From Malacoraja senta (Eukaryota), in NCBI GenBank assembly GCA_038087875.1, contig JAXLNO010004831.1, positions 62,001 to 126,000 on the forward strand: DNA of 64,000 bases, given 5' to 3'. Shown here piece by piece: positions 49,571 to 61,352 of this stretch. The notes beneath the pieces were generated by a model that worked only from the letters and a program-made list of their open reading frames with translations, was not told the origin of the DNA and made no database searches. The first letter of the stretch is position 1; the number at the start of each line of letters is the position of its first letter. The position numbers and the translations under genes are program-made.

Positions 49571-50094
49571 TTTATATAAAATAAATTTATATAATAAAAG
49601 TAAATCTTTTGCTTTTTACTAATAATTATGTCTTTTGATGATATAAACTGCATTGAAACATAAAAGGATGTTTCATTGTGAATTCTTTCTCCTTATCTGT
49701 ATTGTAGCATAAACAAAGATGTTCAAAACAAAGGTAGATAAAATGCTGGAGAAACTCAATGGGTGAGGCAGCATCTATAGAGTGAAGGAAAACAAATGTG
49801 CTTTCTGATCCTTTTATGTTATTTATACTTATTTATATTTATCATGGAGGGTGTATAGGGGCATAAGGCCTCAAATGCAGAAAATCAACAGAGCGCCCCA
49901 TTCCATCCCTCTCTCATCTTCCATACCCCTTTTGCCGTGCAGTCTCCAGCTCATGGCATAAAACTGTAGCATAGTGGATAAAAACAGGATGACTAATGGA
50001 GAAGGGAAGGGGGCCCAAAATAAACTTTGTACCCACTGATAAAATTCCTCTCAGGCCCTGCGTATACACGCACAAACAGTGTGTGTTGTGAACC

Positions 50095-51800
50095 ATGTCT
50101 TCCAAGACACGCACGTATAGTGAAACATTTCTCAAGTTGGGCTTCACAAGCATTGTTCAAAATCCGTGGTCAAGCCGCAATGTGTTCTCTGTGCCAAGGT
50201 TTTGAGTCACGAAAGCATGAAGCCCAGCAAACTGAAGATCCATTTGGAGTCTTGTCACAGCAACCTGGCGGGGAAGAGCGGGGACTATTTCAAACGAAAA
50301 GAAGCCGTACTCAAGGGTTCCCGCATCTATTCAACGGGTCACTGCGCTCATCAAAATGAAGTAGCGTTGGAGGCTTCATACCGGATTGCTTATTGAATCA
50401 CACAGACTAAGAAACCACACAGCATCGGTGAAGAGCTTATCAAGCCATGCCTTCTCGAAGCAGCGAAGTTGGTGCTGGAATCTCGGATATGAGTAATGAT
50501 ATTCTGCTGCAAGTAGTGAGGGCTGTGACGAGAAGTCGAGTGTATTCACTGCAACTGGGCGAGTCAACAGATGTTGCCTCATATTCCCAACTGCTAGTCT
50601 ACGTTCGTTACCTCAATGGAGAAGCCATGCGGAGGAGTACCTGTTCTCGGAGCCATTGGCTACTACCACTCGGGGAGAAGATGTGTTCAGAATGCTGGAA
50701 GCCGTCCTCATCAAACATGAGCTTGGCTGGGAATGCCTTGTCGGGATGTGTACAGATGGGGCACCTTCCATGGTCGGTTGCAGATCCGGTTTCCAAGCCT
50801 TCGTGAAGGATGTCGCTCCACATGTCTCCTTCCCCCACTGCATGATATATCGCCATGGTGTAGGGATGAAGACTCTCCCTCTTGGTCTTCGAGAAGTGCT
50901 TTCAGATGTGGTGAAGATTGTGAACCACATCCGAGAGAGCGCAACGAACTCAAGAATCTTCAAATCGATGTGTGAAGAAATGGGCGCCGATTTCACTATT
51001 CTGTTATTCCACACAGAGGTGCGCTGGCTTTTGCGTGGTAAAGTTCTCAATCATGTGATTCAACGTTGAGAGGAAATAGCGTTGTTCTTGGAGAGAAGGG
51101 GTACTGAGAAGGAGAATCAGCTTCATGAAAAGATGCAGGTTGAACTGTTCGTGATGAAGGTTGCTTACTTGGCTGACTTCTTCGCCGAGGTGAATTCCTT
51201 GAACCTGTCACTTCAAGGAAACCTCCCAATGGCAAAGTGGCAGCATTCAGGAGGAATCTTTACCAGAGAAGAGTCCAGGACGGTGACTCGACTATCTTCC
51301 CTGAGATGATAACTCTCCTGGATGCTATGCCTGATGCTGAATGCCACTTCCACGAGGAGATCTCAACCCACCTTCTGGCAATTAGTGAAGCCATCGAACG
51401 TGACTTCCCCGGACATGACGACCGCTCTTGTGATCAGTGGATCATCCGACCCTTTTCCGTTGAAGACGGTGGCATCAGTGATACTGATGTAACTGCGAAG
51501 GTTGAATTTTACCGAATTCGTGAAGATGCGCAGCTCAAGAGTGACTTCATGGAACAAGAGCTCGCCACGTTTTGGCTGAAAGTGAAGGACTGTCCTGCTC
51601 TTTCGAAGAGGGCCCTGACCCTATTGGTCCAGTCCCCCTCAACCTCTCACTGTGAGGGTGGATTCTCAACTATGGTAACTCTGAAAACCAAGGTACGCAA
51701 TAGGCTTGTGATCTACACTGACATGCGATGCTGCCTGTCGAGCATTCGTCCACGTTTTGATTGCCTGGTGACTGCGAAGCAATTTCAGCCATCCCATTGA
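50095..51800 (+). pseudogene. Buster/Charlie-type hAT transposase (ZBED5/FAM200/SCAND3-like), disrupted
   Basis: MSSKTRTYSETFLKLGFT, KPQCVLCAKVLSHESMKPSKLKIHL (BED finger), LQLGESTD, CTDGAPSMVG, HC..H, TEVRWL.RGKVL, CEGGFSTM..LKTKVRNRL. Multiple stops and frameshifts. Confidence 0.92.
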
Positions 51801-52814
51801 CTGAGCATTGGCTGACATGTTTTTAATAAATCGGGCTGTTTTTTCCCCAAATTTTGTTTCAGAGGTCACGGTACTGATCAAGAATGCCTGATGGGGTCGT
51901 GGGGCCAAAAAGGTTAAGAACCACTGCTCTAAAGCTTAAAACTAAAGGGGCTAATAAAGGCCACAAAGTGGCTTTAGTGAGTCGGATTACACAAAATCCC
52001 ACATCTTTTTCAAGGTTTCATGGTTAGTTTATTGTCACATATACCAATTAAGGTACATTGAAATGCAGACTACCATACACTATGCAAAAAAAAAGCAACA
52101 AGACACACAATTACGTAAAAGTTAACATAAACATCCACAACAGAGGAGCCCGCACGTTCCTCACTGTGATAGAAGGCAATAAAGTCTAATCTCCTTCCTC
52201 TTTACCTCCTGCGGTCGGGGCAGTCAAACAATCTGCAGTCGGTGGTCGAAACCCCCATTGGGGAATCGAAACTCCCACGTCGGAGCGGTCGGAGCGGTCG
52301 AAACTCCTGCGGCTTGGAGATCCCGGATGTCGGTCTCGACCGTAGACCACAGGCTCCGCGATGTTAAAGTATTGCAGGCTCTCACAGTTGGAGCCCTAAA
52401 GTCGATCCCCGACAGGGATCGCGAGCTCCATGATGGTAAGTCCACAGGCTCCTGCGATGGATCTCCCGGTCGATCTCTAGCAAAGGCCGCCATTCCTCAA
52501 TGTTAGGCCGCATTGTGGACGGAGATACGATACAGAAAATATCACATCTACGTCGAGGTAAGAGATTAGGAAAAGTTTCCCACAACTCCTCCACCCCCCC
52601 ACAAAACAAGCTAAAGAACACTAAAGAATATACATTTAACACGTACAAAACTGACACAAAGAAGGAAGGGACAGACATACTGTTGGCGAGGCAACCATTG
52701 CAGCAAAAGGTGGATTACTTAAAGATATAGAAGGGAATATGTGCTTGGAGTTTGGCGAGGTTTGGTTTCACCAAGGAAGACATGGAGAATAGTAAGGACT
52801 ATTAATAGTAAGTA

Positions 52815-53619
52815 CATCATAAAATCCTCCAACATTTTTGCCACCTCCAACGGGATCCCACTACTGGTCACATCTTGCCATCTCCACCCCTTTCTGCTTT
52901 CAGCAGAGACCGTTCCCTCCGAAACTCCCTGGTCAACTCGTCCCTTCACACCCAAACCACCCGCTCCCTGGATACTTTCCCCTGCAACTGCAGGAGATGC
53001 AACACCTGTCCCTTTACGTCCCCCCTCGACTCCGTCCAAGGACCTAAAGTCTTTCCAGGTGAGGCAGAGGTTCACTTGCACCTCTTCCAACCTCATCTAC
53101 TGTATCCGCTGTTTCAGTTGTCAACTTCTCTACATGAGTGAGACCAAGCGCAGGCTTGGCGATCGTTTTGCTGAACACTTCCCCTCAGTCCGTCTTACCC
53201 TACCCGATCTCCCAGTGGCTCAGCACTTCAACTCCCCCTCCCATTCCCAATCTGACCTTTCTGTCCTGGGCCTCCTCCATTGTCAGAGTGAGGCCCAGCC
53301 CGAATTGGATGAACAGCACCTCATATTTCGCTTGGATAGTCTATATTCCAGCGGTATGAGCATTCACTTCTAATACTTTCGATAGCCCTTGATTTCTCTC
53401 TCCATCCCCTCCCCTTCCCAATTCTGCCACCAGTCTTACTGTCTCCGCCAACATTCTATCTTTGTCCCTCCACTGACATCAGTCTGAAGAAGGGTCTCGA
53501 CCCAAAACGATGCCCATTCCTTCTCTCCAGGGAAGCTGCCTGATCCGCTGAGTTACGCCAGCATTTTGTGTCTCTCTACGATTTTAACATCTGCAGCATC
53601 TGCAGTTCTTTCTTACACA
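52815..53619 (+). mobile_element. Penelope-like element 3' part (GIY-YIG) with terminal repeat
   Basis: NLIYCIRCFSCQLLYMSETKRRLGDRFAEH..VAQHF in ORF 52741-53373; terminal repeat at 53480-53600. Confidence 0.88.
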
Positions 53620-53739
53620 TGGAGAATCAATGTGGAGAATGCTAACATGCAGGGACACTTTGAAGTTAAGCAAGAAGAAGATGTTGGATCACTTGAAGAG
53701 AAATGTGGATAAATCCCCAGGACAGAGGGGTGTAGTGGA

Positions 53740-54200
53740 TGATAATAATAATCGTTGAAAACATTAGTGCCGTGCTGGTTTCCGATGGGCACGGTGACGG
53801 ACGCACCACACATCTCTGTCCTCCATGCAACTGGCAAGCTCCTCTTTTGTCTCTACACATGCGTCTTCCATCAACGTCTTCAGCATCATCTTGATTGGCC
53901 GTCCTGGGTCAAGTCTTCCATGGGTGGGTTCCCACAGCACAACCTTGTTTGCTGGCATTTCTGGGTGGCAGAGCCAGTGACCTGCGAGCGTCATCCTTCT
54001 CAACGTGATCTTCTCGGTCAGAGGTGGATTCTCCCCATAGAGCTGGGCGTTGGTGATGTGGTCCCTCCATCTGACATTTTGAACTTTTCCGAGCATTTGG
54101 GTGTAGGTACCATCGAGAGACTTGGACAGTGCTGGAGTGAGAGTCCATGCCTCACACCCGTACAATAATATGGTCTCTACAGTTGTACGGAAGGCCAAAT
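53740..54200 (-). mobile_element. RTE-clade LINE 3' fragment
   Basis: VETILLYGCEAWTLT..LDGTYTQML..WRDHITNAQLY..RRMTLAGH..GRP; short (ATT)n tail at 53741-53751. Confidence 0.8.
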
Positions 54201-54354
54201 ATTCAGGCTGTAGTTCAGTGACAAGTAGAGTTCTGCAGGGATCTGTGCTGTGACCCTTGCTACTTGTGACATATATAAATGACTTGGACCCTGGTGTTCA
54301 GAAATTACCCAGTCATAACAATTAATCAAATAATGATTTTTATTTTTATTTCAG

Positions 54355-54630
54355 ATTATCACTACGTTCAAGGACAGTTTGGTTGTGAGGTGGACGATCA
54401 CCGTCCCACTGTAGGGATATTGAAGTTGGCTTTTGATGGAAGATATGCATTTAGTTTTGATAAGGACAAACTAAAGTGGACGGTGCATGGTCCAATAGCT
54501 GAGCCCTTCAAAGAGAATTGGGACAAGAATGAAAAAATGAACCGTTATTTCAAGAGCTTGTTAGAGCATGACTGTGTGGATCTATGGCTTACATACTATG
54601 CAATTGGAAAGACATACCTGACCAGAAAAG
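54355..54630 (+). CDS. MHC class I-like alpha2 domain exon (92 codons)
   Basis: Acceptor tttttatttcag|AT, donor AAG|GTGAGT, 276 nt (the usual alpha2 size), phase 1/1. Motifs QGQFGCE (C101), AFDG, W133, W147, LEHDCV (C164) and GK..L.RK. Confidence 0.95.
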
Positions 54631-55254
54631 GTGAGTTCAGAAGAAAGGATGTTGGTTTGTGATGATAGGCAATGAGTAATATTTCACTCTGAGGCAATGA
54701 GTAATATTATCTCTGACCCAATCATGACAGAGGGAAAGGTCATTCGGCCCATTGATTCTATGCTAGTTTTCTATGCAATGTCGACAAACTGTTCCACAGC
54801 TCTCTCTCACAACTTGCACGCAGGTCCCTCGGATTCTCCTTGCATTCAGCTCCACGACGGATAATTTGCAATGTCCAACTAACTCACTGGCACGTCTTTG
54901 GTATATGGGACAAAACTGGAGCACATGCAGGAAGCCAACTGAGTCATAAGGTCATAAGTGATGGCTGCAGCATTAGAACATTCGGCCCATCAAGTCGACT
55001 TCGCCAGTCAATCATGGCTGATCTATCTCTCCCTCCTAACCCCATTCTCCTGCCTTCTCCCCATAACCCCTGACGTGCATACTAATCAAGAATTAAAAAT
55101 ATCCATTGAATCACCACCCTCTGACAAAATAAATTCATCCTCATCTCTTTCCTAAAGGAATGTCCTTTAATATTGAGACTATGACCTCTCGTCGTAGACT
55201 CTCCCACCATTGGAGACATCCTCTCCACATCCACATCTATCCAAGCCTTTCACT

Positions 55255-56560
55255 ATTTTTTTGTTTTTAAAATATTTTTATTAGAAGCATGTGCATATCA
55301 TAATACAAACATTTCTTATATATCAATCCTACTTTGCTAATAGGTGGGAGTCCAGCTATCAAAATAATAGTGGTCCTCATTTATCAATTGTATATTAAAT
55401 CTGCTTCTATTTAGTTTTGTTTTATAGATAGAAAGTGAGAAATTTAAAAAAAAAGGCATGATAAAGAAGAATGGAATAATTTACCAATAATACAACTTTG
55501 GAGATAAGTCCGTAGGTTATAAAGCATAAACTATTCATCTAATCCTGAGCTTGGATTTCAGTCAGATTCCCATGCTGAACCAATTTACCCTTTCAAAAAA
55601 TCAATAAATGGAGACCATATTCTATTAAATAATTCATGTTTGTCAATTAAGACAAGTCTAGTTCTTTCCAAATGTAAGGTCTTTGACATTTCCATAATCC
55701 ACATTTTAATTGTGGGGGCTATAGGACCTTTCCAAAATGTTTATATTAATTTTTTCCCAATTATTATACTATAATCAAGAAAGTTTCGTTGGTTTATTGT
55801 AAGTCTTAGGCTTTGTTCTGATATTCCTAATATTATTAGTTTTGAGTCGGGATCCAATTGACTAATTCAGAAATTATTCTGAAAACCTCTGGACAGAATT
55901 TTTTGAAATTTATACAATTTACAAAGGTATGAGTTAAGTTAGCCTCTAAATGCTGGCATTTATCACAAATAGGAGAGATATGTGGGAAGATTCTATTTAA
56001 TATTGTTTAAGAATAATGTAATCTATGTAATACTTTAAATTGTATTAAAGCATGTCTGGCATTTAACGAGCATTGATGTATATATTGTAGACTTTCGTCC
56101 CAAATATCTTTCGTTATGGGTTGGCCTAATTCATTTTCCCATGTGTGTCTATATAATTCCGTCGGCGAGACCTCGCTATCTAAGAGGGTATTATAAATAT
56201 GAGATATTAATCTTTCTGTATTAGGATGTTTATTCAAACATTCATCAAGGATTTCTGGTTCCCTAGTTCTGTAATCTTGTGTATTTGATTTAATGTAATC
56301 TTTAAGTTGTAAATATCTGAAAAAGTTATTTGACTGTATTCCGTAAATCTGTTGTAACTCCTGAACTGAAAGAAAAGTGCCTTTCCTATAAAGATGTCCC
56401 ATCTTTTTAATTCCATAATTTTTCCATTGTGTAAAGCCTTTATCCAACATGGAAGGTTTGAATAAAGGGTTGTTTATAATGGGGAGACAGAGTGATAAAT
56501 TATCCAATTTTAAAGTCTTTTTTAATTGTTTTCAAATTCGTTTACCACTATATATTACAG
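55255..56560 (-). mobile_element. L1-clade LINE 3' fragment (ORF2 C-terminus)
   Basis: IINNPLFKP..WKNYGIKKMGHLY..FFRYLQLKDYI..IQFKVLHRLHYS, then a Cys-rich region; A-rich tail near 55255-55280. Confidence 0.8.
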
Positions 56561-56589
56561 GATTTTCACTATAGTTTTTTTAATGCAAT

Positions 56590-56890
56590 TTTGTGGGAGC
56601 AAACATAATTGAACCAATTTCAAAAGGCAAACAGTTTTTCACTATTTTGTATGATTCAATGAGGTCCCCCCTTATTCTTCTAAACTCCAGCAAGTACAGG
56701 CCCACTGCCATCAAATGATCATCATATGTTAACCCACTCATTCCTGCGATCATTCTTGTACACCTCCTCTGGACCCTCTCCAGAGCCAGCACATCCTTCC
56801 TCAGATATGGTGCCCAAAATTGCTCACAATGCTCCAAATGTGGCTTGACCGGCGCCTTATAGAACCTCAGCATTACATCCCTGTTTGACA
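56590..56890 (-). mobile_element. CR1 LINE fragment
   Basis: VKPHLEHCEQFWAPYLRKDVLALERVQRR..RGDLIESYKI. Confidence 0.8.
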
Positions 56891-57204
56891 GGGAGAAAGT
56901 GTAATTGATGTCTTTCATATTAGTTAACCATGGATTTTCTTGACCACAGTTGACAGCCCCTAATGCGATTGCATGTCTATCACACATCTCAAAAGAGCAC
57001 AGCGTTAAGCTTCGAAGGGCAACGTTTACACGAGATGTGCAGGTCAAGTGTTTTTTTGCAGAGAGAGCTTGATACCTAGAATGCGCTACCAGGAGTGGTG
57101 GTAGAGGAGGACATGATAATGGTGCTTAAGAAGGTTTTGGACAGGCTTGTGAATGTGCAGGGAATACAAGGATATGGATCACATGCAGGCAGTGGAGATT
57201 AGTT

Positions 57205-57500
57205 TTGGTTTAGTTTAGAGATAGAGTATGGAAACAGGATCTTTGGGCCACTGAGTCTGCACTGACCAGCAATTGCCCATTCACTATTTTTGTCCTACAA
57301 GCTAGGGACAATTTACAGAAGCCAATTAACCTACAAACCTGCACGTCTTTTGTATTTGGGAGGAAACCGGAGCCCCCGGAGAATCCCACAGGGTGACAGA
57401 GAGAACGTACAAACTCCGTCCAGACAGCACTCTAGTCAGGATCGAACCCGGGTCTCTAATGCTGTAAGACAGCCACTCTATCACTGTGCCACTGTTTTGC
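57205..57500 (-). mobile_element. tRNA-derived SINE
   Basis: Same family on the minus strand. Confidence 0.8.
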
Positions 57501-57714
57501 CTTAGTTTAACTTGGTATCCTGTTCCACATGGACATTGCAGGCTGAAAGTCCTGTTCTTGTACTGTTCTATGTTCTATATATTCTCATTGGACAGGGCAG
57601 AGATATGTTTTCCACTCCTCCAGCCTCCATGTTGAATACTCACTACCAGTTTAAATCTGATTCAATTTGTCAATCCATTTCTCCCTCCCCTCCTGCCCTG
57701 CTCCCTATTCTATA

Positions 57715-58180
57715 TTTTGAAGTAGTCATTCCCTTTTTCACTCCCTGGTCTGTCTACTATCCCCACAACTTTCCTCTACTTTCCTGTCTTGGTGCATGCA
57801 ACATCTATCCATTTACCTCTTCCCTTCCCACTGTCCATAGACCCAGGCAGTTCTTCAAAGTGAAACAGCGTGAAACACTTGTACTTCCAGTCAAATCTAC
57901 TGCATTTAGTTTTCATGACGTAATCTTCCACATTGCATCAATGAAACAAATAGAATGGCTGCTTTCTGGAGAACCTGCATTCAATCCATGGGACTTTCTA
58001 AGATTCCTAATTCCTGCCACTTTAATTCTCCATTCAACACCCACCATGATCCATCCATCTGTACCTCTTACACTAGGATAACAAGGGTGAAAGTAACCTT
58101 GAGGATCAACAACTCAGCTTCTGCCTTGACATGTTGCAGCCTTTCACACTCCATTCCACATTCAACGAGTTGTATTCCCT
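57715..58180 (+). mobile_element. Highly decayed Penelope-like GIY-YIG fragment
   Basis: Residual nucleotide similarity to the PLE copies above (CACAACTTTCCTC..GGTGCATGCAAC..CCCAGGCAGTTCTTCAAAGTGAAACAG). Confidence 0.5.
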
Positions 58181-59641
58181 GTCGATAAAAGAACTGGTCA
58201 TTTCATAAGTTCATGTTCATTTATTGTCACATACACCAATTGGTGTAGTAAAATTCACTGGCCAGGTCAGTCATACAATTTTAAAAAGCAACAGACTCAA
58301 AAACACATTTTGACATAAATATCCATCATAGTGACTCCTACACATTCCTCACTGTGATGGAAGGCGAAAATAAAGTTCCAAGTCCTTCCCTTGTTGTTCT
58401 TCCTTGGTCGGGGGCCTCGAGCCTCCCGTTGAATAGACGGTCTTGAGTCCCGTAGCCGGCGGCGTTCGGACCCTCCGCGTCGAGGTGATCAGCTCCCGCA
58501 TCGGGGGATTGTCAGCTCCCCCGCGCCGGGCGATCGACCCTCACGTCGGGGCTGGACGAACCTTCTGCGGCATTGGAGCTCCCGACTAGCCTCTCCCGAG
58601 ACTGGGAGCCCTTGATGGTAAGTCCGCAGGCCGCGGTGGGAGCGATCCCAGGCAAGGGATCCGCTCCGATGGTAAGTCCACGCCCCGTGGTGGGGCTCAC
58701 GACAGTCCTTTTCAACTGTTAAGTTGAAGTCAGAAAGAACAGATGCAAGAAGTATGAAGAAGGACACCAAGCTGAAACATTACATAACCATGTCTTCCAG
58801 ATGCTGCCTGAGCCACTGAGTTACACCTGCACGTTTTTGTGTTTTTTTTAAATTACAGTAAAGTTATCCACCTGCAAAATTAGGACAGCCTGACCTACTT
58901 GAGTACTGCAGTATGTGCTGCATTTTATATAACACTGTTTAGTTTCATGCTTGCAGAGATGCAGTGAAATGGTTTGGATGGAACAGCAGATGCTGGACAC
59001 CCCGTCCCTTCTCTCCAGAGATGCTGCCTGTCCCGCTGAGTTACTCCAGCTTTTTGTGTCTATCTGCAGTGAAATGGTTGTTCTGCATTCTCCCCAGTCA
59101 AGTCATACTGTACATAAGTACAATTCGTCCTCTTCTGGAACAGCACGCAGAGATCCACCACATTCCAGGACTATCTTGCAGCTTTCAAGTCTCTGAGAAG
59201 TCTGATTTTGCCCTAAGGAAATACCCAATTTCACATTTTCTCATGTTAAGGCCCAGTGTCATAACAGCACTGGATTGATGAAGTAGAGGCGCCTGCCTCA
59301 GTTTAAGTTTTTCTGTTTCAAGATTGTGATCAAACCCTCGTCACTGGAACTGTGTCGCAGTGCCACCCATTACGTATGTCCCAATTATCTTTCAACATGC
59401 TGGAATCACTTGTTTTTTTATCCTTTTTAGACTTTTTTCATGAATTGTTCAATATAAACAGTTATGCTACAACAGTTAAGAGCAGCTACCACTTAGTTTC
59501 AGAGACGTAACAACACAAGAGATAGTGTTGGAAGAATGATCAAACTCACACATAGTGGTTAGAATCCATAGTCTTTTATTAGTAACTCTGCAGAGGAAAC
59601 ACAAGGTGCTTTCTTCTCAGCATGCTTACTACCAGTCTACC

Positions 59642-59664
59642 AGAGAGAGAGAGAGAGAGAGAGA
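59642..59664. repeat. (AG)n microsatellite
   Basis: Direct inspection. Confidence 0.9.
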
Positions 59665-59754
59665 GCTGTCTAATAAGCTTGTGGGCGGAGCCACAGTATG
59701 AGTGACACTAATCTACAGATAGGCACAGGGATAATTTTCGGTTTCTTATTGTCA

Positions 59755-60050
59755 CGTTTAGTTTCGAGGTACAGCATGAAAATAGGCCTTTTGGCCCACT
59801 GAACCTGTGCTGACTAACGACCACCCAAATATTAGTTCTATCCTACACACTAGGGACAATTTACAGAAGCCAAAAACCGTACAAACCTGCACTTCTTTGA
59901 ATGTGACGGAACTGTAGCACCCGGAGATAACTCACATGGTCACAGGGAGAATATATGAACTCTATATAGACAGCACCCATTGTCAGGATTGAACTTTGGT
60001 CTGTGGTACTGTAAGGCAGCAACTTTCCCTCTGCGCCACTGTGCTGCCCA
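59755..60050 (-). mobile_element. tRNA-derived SINE
   Basis: Same family on the minus strand. Confidence 0.75.
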
Positions 60051-61352
60051 TGTACGGAGGTAGTGTGTAAAGCTTTGTTTTGCATGCTATCCAATTGGAT
60101 GAGGTAACAAAATACATATATATGATCATCAAACTCAAGAACTGTAGGTAGAGCAAAGGGGAAGGTACAGAGTGTCGCATATAGTTCTCAGCAATGTAGC
60201 ACACCAGTTCCATTAGATAAGGGTTTCGACACGAAACGTGACACATTCCTTCTCTCCAGAGATGCTGCCTGACCCGTTGAGTTACTCTAGCATTTTGTGT
60301 CTATCTGCGGTTTAAACCAGCATCTACAGTTCCTTCCTACATAGTTCTATAAACAAAGTCCACTGTCTGTAATGGGGTAGTGGTCAATTGGACAGTACCC
60401 TAGCTTATGGAACGATCATTCAGAAGCCTGATTTTCTCCTCGGTTATCAAGTTTCCGAGTAAGCCATTTGGTCCTCTATCCTGCCCACCATTCAATATGA
60501 CCATGGCTGACGTTCCTCAGGCACCAACTCCTGTTCGATGTCAGTTCCTCATTGCACTCAGTTCTCCAATTTAAGTTTAAATTAAGTTAACTACCGCCAC
60601 ATTAAATGCTTCCAATGATTTTGTCTTCACAAATCTCTGGCGCCAGAGAATGACCACACTCTGCAAAAAGAGATTTTGTAAACAAATGACTGGTCTCTTT
60701 TATCTCTTATTGAAGAGGAGTGAAAATACTGCCAATTTTAAGCTTGTCCCCTCCCCAATTGACCCTCATTTCGTAAGTTGTCAATTATTTATTATTGTCA
60801 ATAATATGCCCTAGTGAAAAGATTTGTCGTTGGTATTAGTTTATTATTGTCACGTGAACTGAGATATAGTCAAAAGTTTGTCTGTGTGTTATCCAATCAG
60901 ATCATACTACACATGTGCAATCAAGCCATCCACAAGTAGAACAGTGCAAAGAGAAAAATATTCAGAGTGCAGAATATCGGGTTACAATATCATAGCATTA
61001 CAGTTACAGAGAAAGTGCAGATCAAAAAGAGTTGCAAGGATCACAATGAGATTGGTTGGAAGATCAGGGCAACATCTTATCTTACATGAGAACCATTCAG
61101 TAGTCCAATAACAGTGGGGAAGAAGCTGTTCCTGAATTTAATTGTACGTACTTCCAAACTTTCTTGTGTACTGTCTTAACAGGGAGCATACAATCCCTTT
61201 TAAACCACGTGTTTTGTTGATGGGACGAAAGAGGCAAAATGGGGCAGATGTGGACAGTAACTTGGTTGTTGTAGTAGACTGAAGAATATTTTGTGGTGGG
61301 TGACTGTGCAAGTTTTACTGAAGATGAAAATAACCATCTTACTGTCTTGTAA

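Larger units (their letters stand above)
47947..50060 (+). mobile_element. Second, non-autonomous hAT element (Tip100/ZMYM1-like) nested in the Charlie element
   Basis: Perfect 8-bp TSD CGTATACA at 47939-47946 and 50061-50068. TIR CAGGGCCT(AT)GAGAGG / CCTCTCAGGCCCTG. Internal remnant of a different hAT transposase C-terminus. Confidence 0.88.
47778..51926 (+). mobile_element. hAT DNA transposon, Charlie/Buster group
   Basis: 16-bp TIR CAGTGGTTCTTAACCT / AGGTTAAGAACCACTG. 8-bp TSD CTCCAAAG / CTCTAAAG (7/8, NNNTANNN type). Contains a transposase remnant. Confidence 0.93.
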
